From assembly GCA_973895155.1 (NCBI GenBank), contig OZ316895.1:7676184-7740183 (forward strand): 64,000 nucleotides of DNA, read 5' to 3'. A program made the translations under genes and the position numbers. Below, piece by piece: positions 54,530 to 64,000 of the stretch (its first letter is position 1; each line of letters starts with the position of its first letter). The notes beneath the pieces are model-generated. The model was not told the origin of the DNA. It saw nothing but the letters and a program-made list of their open reading frames with translations, and did not search any database. Source of the stretch: Marsupella aquatica (lineage: Eukaryota > Plantae > Marchantiophyta).

Positions 54530-55570
54530 ATATGAAACATACACGAAATACACAAGTAATCATCACTCAAAATATGTGGTTCACCTCTCCAGAGGTCATG
54601 TCCACGGGAACACACTAAAAAAAATTACTACTGAATTCTAAACCTGTCGGTCATCCCAGTCTCCATAGACTAAATTGTTCCAATCTCCCAACTCACTTAG
54701 TAACAATGAGTCAAAGTTCCTCCCACAACTAAATCTTGCTAGTGGAAGTAATAGTTGCACATCTAACCATAACCAAGCACCTAACTACAGCTCGACTAGT
54801 TGTGTTTACATAGTAACTCTAGCCCTAAGGGTAAATGCCTAGGTAACAGAATTGTCGTGGATAGCGGAAAGGCTCATGCGAATAAAGAAGTAAATTGAAC
54901 CAAGACGTACCTTGTCCCATTTTTTTTAGTCACGGAACAATTAGCTCCGACGTTGCTAACTCCGATGCCAAGCTCCTTTGTGGTCCAAGCCTCCATAACA
55001 ACCATCCGGTGGCGACTAAGTATGAGGAGACTAGTGGACAACAAAGCATTGCACTAGCAAGGGCAATGCGCTAAGCTAGTGGCGCACACTAAGGACTCTT
55101 GGGGATACTTAGGCGAGAATAGTGGGATTGGTGAGGGCATTAGGTGGCAAGGTCCACCACTTTTTCACTGGTCATAATGAGTTAGTGGGTTCTTGCATGA
55201 CATAAGAGCATTCACAAGGTTTTGTCCCTTGATTGAACATTTCCTGTTCCCCTTGTGAGATACCTGGGAAAGTCATTTATCAGCTAGATTGACTCCTTCA
55301 ATAGGTAGCTTGAGACATTCATGCACATACTGGTTTTGCATGAGCACCATTATCCACTTTGGTGATGCACTTCTGTCATCGGATTCCATTGAAGTAAGAG
55401 CATGCTGAAGCTTGAGTTATCCATCTTAGATCTCTAACAAGGAGTCGATACTAGTGCACCTCAGGAGAGGCTTGTCCCATTAGAGTACAATCATCCATGT
55501 TCCACATGCATAGTGAAAGATAACACTAGACCACATCAGTAGATGATCATCAGAGGTATTCTACACAGTT
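54530..55570 (-). mobile_element. Highly degenerate Ty1/copia relic (RT/RNase H end, PPT, LTR remnant)
   Basis: Broken minus-strand peptides ALTSMESD (cf. ALSTTEAEY), ALMSCKNP, YFFIR and PLARF occur in copia RNase H order. PPT-like GGGAGAT|TG near 54680. LTR-like GTGGTTCACC...TGTCCAC motif at ~54577-54605. Many stops and frameshifts. Confidence 0.5.
54928..55161. mobile_element. 234 bp internally deleted relative of the AGT...ACT element at 59553-61044
   Basis: Starts AGTCACGGAAC...TTAGCTCCGACGTTGCTAACTCCGATGCCAAGCTCC and ends GGGATTGGTGAGGGCATTAGGTGGCAAGGTCCACCACT. Flanks are TTTTT / TTTTC (5 bp TSD with 1 mismatch). Confidence 0.8.
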
Positions 55571-55681
55571 TTTTATTTCTTAGTTATCTAAGGTCATCTG
55601 TTGCATTTGTTTTTCGTGCATTTTATGTGCCTTCTTCTTTAAAGCTTTGTCTTTGCCCTCTCTAAACCTCTTTTGTTTTTA

Positions 55682-56830
55682 TCCTTGGACCCCGTCCGTC
55701 TTCAGGCAGACCTTGCTGGGCGTATGCACGCTTTCACCCTCTCCAGTATCCTCACGGAGGCACCTGACACGGACCGAGCTCGGATTCTTTCTTCCAGAGG
55801 GAAGGGCGCAGGAGGCTGGCTTCAGGCCAATCCAGTCATTCCTCACCTGCGGATGTCTTCAGCGGAGTTTGCGACAGCCATGCGTCTTCGTATGGGCTTG
55901 CCCCACCCACTTCTTGCTGGTTTACCTCCTACTTGCACTTGTGGGAAGCCTTGTGATGCCACAGGTGTCCATCTTCTTCGATGCAGTTTGGGCGGCGAAA
56001 CCATTTTTGTTCACGACGCTGTGAGAGATGCGACTGCTCAGGTTCTCTCTGGCTCTTTGGTCTGCGCGCGGCGGGAGGTGGTGCTCGAGTTACCTGGTCC
56101 TCCATCACAGCGGTTACGGGTGGATCTTACCATGGTCCGTGACGGTCACCGTACTTTGGCAGATGTAGTGGTGGCAAACCCATTGCGCCAAGACATCATT
56201 GGGACAGCGGCAACAACGGCAGGGGCAGCAGCATCACGAGCAGCACAAACGAAGGAGGCCAAATATGCTGCACGAGCTTCATCTGATAGCTTCCTGCCCC
56301 TTGCTCTTGAGATATTTGGGCGTCTCCATCATCAATTCGACGGGCTTCTTCGCCAAGCTGCTCGGGATGTTCACGGCCGGATGGGTCCCACCGGGCCCCC
56401 GCTATCTGTTTTGACCACGCACTTTCGCCAACGCATTTCAGTCACCTTACAGCGTGCTCAAGCTCGGGCCGTCTATCGTCGATCTCTGACAGTGGGTGCT
56501 AGTGTGACTCCGTAGTGGCTAGCCCCCCTCGAGGACATTCCTGTCCCACTTGCCGATCTAGTTTCGACACTTGATGTAGACCACTAGCTTGTAGCCACAT
56601 TTGCTAGGTATGATGAGGACCTCGGTCCATTTGCGGTAGTTTTAGTTACTCTTTCTTGGTTTTTAGGGGTTTCCTTTTGCTCACTTCTTTTAGTTCCTCT
56701 TTCTTGGTTTTTAGGGTTTCCTTTTGCTCACTTCTTTTGCGTTTGGTTTTGTCCACTTGGGACGTCTCTTGTTTATTCTTTTGTACTCTATTTGGCCTTT
56801 TTCTGTATAAAGTATGTGTATATCTTTTGT
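55682..56830 (+). mobile_element. 5'-truncated RLE-type non-LTR retrotransposon (CRE/SLACS-like): zinc knuckle + restriction-like endonuclease
   Basis: ORF 55673-56515: GAGGWL...P, F..AMRLRMGLPHP, CTC-x9-H-x3-C knuckle, HDAVRD, RVDL, ADVVVANP, KEAKY, FLPLALEIFGRL, RQRISVTLQRAQA. The frame reads on past the TAG to 56587 (WLAPLEDIPVPLADL). A T-rich 3'UTR follows with a ~44 bp duplication at 56650-56738. No RT domain is present and no TSD was resolved. Confidence 0.85.
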
Positions 56831-59253
56831 GCTTTAGACTCCATAGTACTTTGTTTGCCGTTTGCTAAAAGTTGTTATTTAGTTAAATAGGATAATTGTT
56901 GTTTAGGTTAAATAGTATAGTATCAAGGTTCTGATCAAGTGACCAGCAGGTTACAAGTTGGATATAAATAGGGGAAGAGTGATCTTTCCAAAGTAAGGAA
57001 CAGTTTTCAAAGCTAATGCAGAAATACCTGCACTACTTAGTGTTAGTCTGTGTTATGGACTTAAATGATATTGCAACTCTTTTTGGAGGGACTATTGTGG
57101 TAGTTTGGGGAACTATAGGGTACATTGATTGAATGAATTAATATTGTGTTGTGGGTAAATGAGTTTAAATTAGATGATGGAATTTTAGTTGAGCTTCTAC
57201 ATTGAATACTGCTATGTGTTCAACCAAGAGTGCAAAGAGGAGGAAAGATAAGGAAGTCTGCCTTCCAATTTGAAAATAATGAATACCAAAACTTCAGAGA
57301 GAATAGACTCAGAGCCAGTCAAACGTGTGGTTGAACTTTGGTTGACAGCTAACATAAACTTTATCTTTAAGGATATTAACCGGAACAATGAACTAGTTAG
57401 CCCAATTGGGGGTCTTTGACGAGTGGAATGAAGTCATCAAAACCAATTTTAAGAAGAGAGTTGTAAGACTTTTAACAAGTGATGAGTTGGGAAAATACCT
57501 CCAAGGAAGGTAAGATCAAAGGGGAGTAAGGAAATTGAATTTCAGAGGAATGTCACGTGAAATGTATTAGCCAAAGGGTTTGGGTTGGAAGTGCCGTTAG
57601 TTTAGCATACATTCAGATTTGGAGGTTAACACCTTTGCTCAATAATATGGTTGGTCTTTCTGTTGTGTGTTGCCAGACAGTGGCACTTTTGCTGCAGGGA
57701 GGAGTGACTATCTACCCTAGTAAGTGTAAAATACTACATATAAACTACTCAAAGTGTTCATCCACATCTCTGACTTATAAAGTGCAAACAGAACCTGGAG
57801 GACATTAATTGGGGTCTAGGGTTCTAGAGTGAAGCGTCTAGACTGTGACTCGAGGGCCTCACCAAAATTTATGTGCATGGAAAGGAGGATGGAATATTAA
57901 GTATATAAAACTCATGACATGCATAGTGGGTTTGTCATCATTTCATTAACATTCAAAGAATGGCCAATGAGGCTTAATTAGTTTTCAAGGCAAACAATAA
58001 TTGTTTGGCTGTAGGGAGAAATTAGTTTGGTGGGACCGCTGTGGGACAACAACCAGCTTTTGAGGCAATTTTGTGGTAATTTCATGGATCATGATGTTCT
58101 TGTGTGATGCTAGTAGCATTTGTATAGGATAACCCAGCTCTAGGCAGACATTATTGGGCTGTGATGAGGTGACCAGATCCAGACAGGAAGTTGATTGGGT
58201 AGCCGGGAAACTGAACTAGAAGAACCAGGGAAAACTGATAAATTTCACTAATGGATGGTCTAGATTAGCATTAACTTTTGCAATCTATGTATACGTATGG
58301 GTCACTGGGTATATGCAATTCGACAAATGAGAAGTGTAGCTAGGTGCTAAGGGATGTTTGCCTGGGAGGCTTGAGAAGTGGGTTAGTAGTGGGTATTTGC
58401 AGCCAGATGTTGTTTGAACTTTGTTTCCGTTGTGTGATTGATAGTCAAAGCGCTGAGCAAGAGGCAGAAGGAGGCAGAAGGATCGAGTCAACGAGTTGTT
58501 GAATGGGGAGGCAAGTGCAGCAGGCCGGGCTGAATCGTCAAGTTGCTGAAAGGGAGGTGAGCTGTTGGGGCTGTGCTGTCAATTTCAGGGCATTCAAAAT
58601 GGCTTTCTATGGTAGCATTGCTTTGTGCAGCTCAGAATTTCCAAGCAAAAACCTTTGATTTGAACAATGTTTTTCATTCAATTAATTCCTGACCCATGTG
58701 TCTCACTCCAGCACGAGTGTAGCAAAGAAAATTCATTGTACCAATGACAAGGAAGCACATGCAGAGCAAAACTCCTTGATAGAATTGGTGGAGATCGTAG
58801 ACCATGAGACACCAAATCATTCACATGTTCCGAGTCATTGCCTGAAAGAAAATAATCTGTCGCTTTTGGTCTGTTCAATTTCCAGGGTGCACCTATCCTG
58901 TTTGTTCCTCCGCTGAAGAGATTTTCTTCGTTTGCTTCCAAGTCATTGCACCAAGAACACTCGGTGCCATCTCTTGGCCTCCAGTCTTCACTTCTTGCAG
59001 CAGATGAGCCAATCTGCCTCTATTCTTCGTGTGCAGTTGAGCTTCTTTGCATTGCGAGAGCCTCACAAGAAAGGGAATTGCAATCGATGATGTAGGCTGA
59101 TGACATTTTGCTGTCTTTTTCACAAATTATTTTGTGTCATCAATTCCTTTTGATCAATAAAGTGTATTTCACACAAACATTGTGTTGTGGCTGTTTGAAT
59201 GAGCCTAATGGAATATCAAAAAATGGACGGAAAATTCTTTTAAATGAGCACAG

Positions 59254-62200
59254 TGTCATAACCCATGGATTAGGTTAACATCTAGAGTTTAGGGAAGAGG
59301 TAGTTACCATAACGACCTCCATATGTATATACCTCTTGGATCTCTAATGGATATTATTATTCTTGTTGGTGTATTGGTGTGTTAGTCTATCACAAGATTA
59401 CCTACCTTGTAACACGTTATCAACACGTAGCTCTCCACAAGCAATTTTTCTTTGGGAGAAAGGCTAGATCTACATTGAATGTTTATAGATTTGACAAAAA
59501 CTGCCCCTCCCAAGAAGCTATGGTTGAGAACTTTGTGGTTTCAGAGAGAAAGAGTCACGGAACTCGACTACCTTAACACTTAGCTCCGGCGTCGCTGACT
59601 CCGACGCCGAGCTCCCTTATGGTCCAGGCCCGGATAGGCCATCCGGGGAGGACTTAGCATGGGGAGACTTGTGGGAAATGAGACGTGGCACTGGCGAGGC
59701 AAGGGGCCAAGTTGGGGACACAAACTAAGGACTTGGACTAGCCTATGGCTGGTCGGGTCAAGGGGAAATGGGCCGGGCTCAAGGATGGCCGTCCGGACCA
59801 TTGAGTGGGCTTTGAGTTCTGAGGGCTTGGGAGTGAGCTCCTCTTGGGCCAAAGGCCAATGGAGTTGACGCCATTGGCAACGGACGCTTGGGGCGCAAGT
59901 TGTGGCCCGATCCGGGTTGGGACGGTCGGGGGCCCCAAGCAGCGATCAGACCTGAGGGCCTAGTCATGAGCACTGGGTCGGCCCGGTCACAACGGGCTAA
60001 GGCACTCCGCTTGCGGATGCCTATCAAGAAAGTTATGGGCGTTACCAGTTGGTGGCGCGCCCATTATGCGCGATGGGATCCGGGTTGGGGGCCAAATGTT
60101 TAGGGACCAAAGCTGGTCCGGGGATGACAGGTCTCCAGAAGCATATATGAGGGGAGTGGTGTCTCCCTGGGGGCTAAGGGCGAGCCGAAGTTGTGAGCCG
60201 CGGCGGACGCGACACTAAGGGAAATTGTCAAACAGAAATGGCGATATCTTCCCAACGGGAAATCCGTTGGAGGACTCCTTAGGTGCGTTGGAAAGCTCTT
60301 GAGAAGGCCTACGCCCTCCTGAGCTCATCTGGGTCTAGGGGTGCCATGGGTTCTCGTGGTTTGCGGGTGTTAGCTCGCCCGTTTGCCAATCCTGCCAAAC
60401 AGTAGCCAAGCCGCATTCAGCCTCCCAAGGGAACTTGCGTTGGGGAGGCAAGGCCAAGTAGATATGGAGGCTGAGTCCCAAGGGCGCTCGGTGCCTAGAC
60501 CATTAGTGGGGCGAACTGGGAACGGTTGTTAGAGTCAGGGCCATTCTGGTCCCGGCGTGTTGAGATAAACTTGGGACAAGCTTTAGGACAAGCTACGCTA
60601 TTTGGGCCATGAGCATGTCCTAAGGTCAGGGCGATCATTTGGTGATGGATAGGTACGAGGGGAACCCGGGTCGCGCCCAGGGAAGAAGCTGTCCTGGACG
60701 GACAGTGGGCGTGGGTTCTGGTTCCGGCTTATGGCATCGGGAGGACTTATCACTGACCTATTTACCAACGTCTGTTGAGCTTGAGTTAGGATGCTAGACT
60801 GGGAAAGTTCTAGATCCGGAGGGGTTACTTACCAAGGTGCTTGCTTGTTTGTGCAGACAGTGAGGACCGTTAAGTAGCAGTCGTGTAGGTGAGCAAGTGC
60901 GGTTTTGTATGGGAGTGGCTGCAGGTGGTGCAAGAGGCACTTGGATGCTTGCTCGAGGTATTCCGTGGAGGCGTTCGGGCACCAAGGGCACTTAGGCGCG
61001 AGTGCTGGGATTGGTGAGGGCGCTGGGTGGCGAGGTCCACCACTGAAAGTTATGCAGCAACATCAAAGCACATAGACTCTACCAATTCTGAGCAGATTGT
61101 AATTCTAAACATGAAAACCGAAGCATAGGAGATACTTAATTCTGAACGATGGCTTCCAAGTGGAAGTCAATTGCTACAAAGTTGACTTTCAAATTTTTTT
61201 CCTAAAATAATGCTTATGAACGAGGAACCATTCTTGGGTGCCTGAATTTAGGAGATGCTCTAAGCTTTTGGAGACTGATCGATGTTTAGCGAAATACATT
61301 GGACATAATTCCATCAAACTTTCCAGAAGAGATCACTTGTAGCTTTGAGAGATGATGTGTAGGACCAAATGTAAAGGAGTTGTGTTTCTTTTAGAAATTA
61401 TTAAGAGGTTAGGGATGAAATTACGAAGAAATGCTACCATCCCTAAGCCCACTACTTCATAGCTTGACCCATCTAATCAAAGTAAAGAGAGCTTGATTGA
61501 TTTCACAAAGCTATGACAAGGAGAGAGAAGAAGGTTTGACGAGAACGAAGAGACAAGAAATCTCTGATTTACAAAAAAGTGCATTGGTTGAAGAAACCGA
61601 AGAGGAATGAGCAAAACGGTTATGGACAAAATTGGAAACCACACTCTTCAATACTATTGAAAGGATGTGAACATTATTCACATAGAATGGAGACACATTC
61701 CAGAAATTGACGGACGAAATAGGCAGATATTGCAGTCAAAATTGGGACAAAACTCCTATAACAGTCGTACCATTTCAGGGGGAGACCTCAATACAGAACC
61801 GTCCCGAGATATTAGAGCATGACAAACTATAATTTTGACGATTTCAAGGGGCAAACTCCTTGGACAACTCGATAGCCCTGATTACAAACATTACATTCAG
61901 GACTGAAGGGCAAACCCAAACACTAGCAGACTAGGAGCACTTGGCCGACCGCTAGAGCCCTAGCTCCCAGAAATACTTTTTCGGAAAGGAAGTCCACCTC
62001 CCGAAACAAGCAACGATCGAGCCTCAAGCAGAATGACTGCACTTGAGACATCCCTGAAAGAAACGGCCGCATACACCTCGAAAACTCGAGAAAAATCCAA
62101 GGGAAGTTCCAATTTTCTAAATGAAAGTTAACTTAAAAAGAGCACCTTTCTTTACAAAGGAAACATTGCCATGCAATATTGATTTAAAGAACAAATATAC

Positions 62201-63420
62201 TAAGAAGAGGGAAGGAAAGACATAAAAACAAAAAACACTTATTGGAAATGTTACCATGTAAGAATTGCCCAATTAATTTCACAAATTCTGGGAGAGATAT
62301 TTTTCCCCATGGTGCCTCCTGCGCTGAAAAACTATGTGCCTATTGCACATGGAAGCAAATGAGTGCCTACAACACACTTAGGCAAAAAGGAAAAATATTT
62401 GACAAATTGAGGGGGAGACCTCATGAAAGGCTTGGCATCAAGCAATATAACCCATGGGATGTGCCTACTGCACGAGTGCCTTTCGCAACAACGAATATTT
62501 AAAAATGGAACTATATTCCTTGCATATGGCCAATTCTGAAAAATGAGGAATCTTTGTACAAGATTGGACAGGATGTTCACACATTCACTCACTAATATTG
62601 GATGACATATCATGACTACTAAATTTGGAAATAAAACAGACCTTATCATGATATGGTATCATATAATCATATGAGGTACCGTATCAGGTTGTAAGGTACC
62701 ATAAGGTGAGATATGGCCTGGTGAGGCACCACGAGAGATGGTGTGCCATATCTTAATAGGATATCTCTATGATATGGATAAGGTATATGTTATGGTGTGA
62801 CCAGGTTATGCCAATACCCAATCTAGGATTTGACACTCCAAACGGTTCCAAGGCCAAGGATTACAACCCACCATATCATCTTCATCCTGAACTAATACCT
62901 TGTTTGGTTTTCCTTGCATGTAATCTATAAACATCAAGGAGTCTTCATTACAAGCATGGAACGAGACGCATGATTCAGTCAACTTTGCTACACAAACCAA
63001 GGAGGATCTTCAACAAGCCCATAGTATTAACATAGGCCTTAAGAGGGCTTTGTAGAAATTGCATATACACTATGTATTTACCCACTTAATCTAAAATGGT
63101 TCCATAACACGTGGTGGTGGTACTCTTTCCCTCAAAAAGAGGTAGGAGGGTTTTAATGAGACCACACCAATGGTTACCATCATAAATACTTATTCCATTA
63201 GGGTTAGATGTTACCCCTAGTGTGTTGCCTTATATCATATAAAACAATCAAGGGGGAGTGTTATAACCCATGGATTAGGTTAACATCTAGAGATTAGGGA
63301 AGAGGTAGTTACCATAACTACCTCCTATATGTATATACCTCTTGGATCTCTAATGGATATTATTATTCTTGTTGGTGTATTGGTGTGTTAGTCTATCACA
63401 AGATTACCTACCTTGTACCA
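59254..63420 (+). mobile_element. Non-autonomous Ty1/copia LTR element (Bianca-like) with very short LTRs
   Basis: LTRs at 59254-59414 and 63259-63420 (TG...CA; 4 substitutions + 1 indel between them). 5 bp TSD CACAG at 59249-59253 and 63421-63425. PBS-like CGTTATCAACACG right after the 5' LTR and PPT TCAAGGGGGAG before the 3' LTR. The interior has only broken coding relics. Confidence 0.9.
59553..61044. mobile_element. Nested 1492 bp GC-rich solo-LTR-like insertion with AGT...ACT termini
   Basis: Begins AGTCACGGAAC, ends GGTCCACCACT, and is flanked by an exact 5 bp duplication GAAAG (59548-59552, 61045-61049). GC content shifts sharply relative to the host element. No credible ORF. Confidence 0.85.
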
Positions 63421-64000
63421 CACAGGGGCAGTTTGTTGTGTCAAAGGCCTGGCCTAAGTTATGGGCCCTAGTTAAGCCAGGACTGTGAATTATGACATTT
63501 CACAAGGCGCATTATGGGCCCCACTTGTGCCAGGACCCTACATTGTGTATAGGGTAATGGTCCTGGGATGGACCATTAATGCATATAAAGGTCGACCATA
63601 TGTTGACCCCCGTATGCGGGGAGGCATACGGGAGACCGTATACGCATAATGGTCCACCACAAGCCCATTGGCCAACGTTAAGGGCATGCCTACCACAAAC
63701 AGGCCAGAAATGTTCTGGCAGAGACAATAGACAAGACCCATGTTGTCTGACACACACCATGACAGTACCTTCTTTGCACATTCCAGAAAATTATGACTTA
63801 CGAATACCTCAAAACCATAGTCACATCAAAACCGTATAGTCACATTATGAGACATAAAGTGATGACATGGCACATTCCGATTGGCCCAAATGCTCTTATA
63901 GTCAACCAATGCCCTTAACGGTATTCCAAATGTGTCAGGGAGAGATAGATGGAAATAACCGGGATGCCTTAATCACTGTATCCACCAGTAACCCATACGG

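Noticed and set aside
58678-59123. Two overlapping minus-strand ORFs (76 and 87 aa) as a gene fragment
   Set aside because: No recognisable homology or splice structure, and they lie in repeat-derived sequence.
59580-60991. GC-rich ORFs in the nested insert as gag or accessory genes
   Set aside because: All are 90 aa or shorter, occur on both strands, are expected from the GC content, and show no retroelement motifs.

Overview
Eukaryotic nuclear DNA from a land plant. A non-seed plant (bryophyte/lycophyte/fern grade) is inferred from the divergent proteins and the transposon repertoire. Six protein-coding genes are supported. Three are spliced + strand genes that I could assemble exon by exon: cyclase-associated protein CAP (10 exons), N-terminal glutamine amidohydrolase NTAQ1 (6 exons) and an ABHD11-like alpha/beta hydrolase (5 exons). 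Three are very large intronless - strand ORFs: an L-type lectin receptor PSEUDOkinase with a long repeat-rich tail carrying five W-x-x-I/V (ATG8-interacting-like) motifs, a full-length SABRE/KIP (BLTP2 family) lipid-transfer protein, and a tail-anchored coiled-coil protein with about 12 tandem 63-aa repeats. The flanks are rich in transposons: a TA-flanked MITE, a 1.47 kb Mutator-like element with ~450 bp TIRs and a 10 bp TSD, tRNA-derived SINE-like heads, a CRE/SLACS-type RLE non-LTR fragment, a decayed copia relic, and a short-LTR non-autonomous copia element. That last element carries a nested 1.5 kb solo-LTR-like insert with non-canonical AGT...ACT ends, and a 234 bp relative of the insert lies nearby. 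I found no rRNA, intact tRNA, CRISPR array or prokaryotic system. All family assignments come from motif recognition without database searches.
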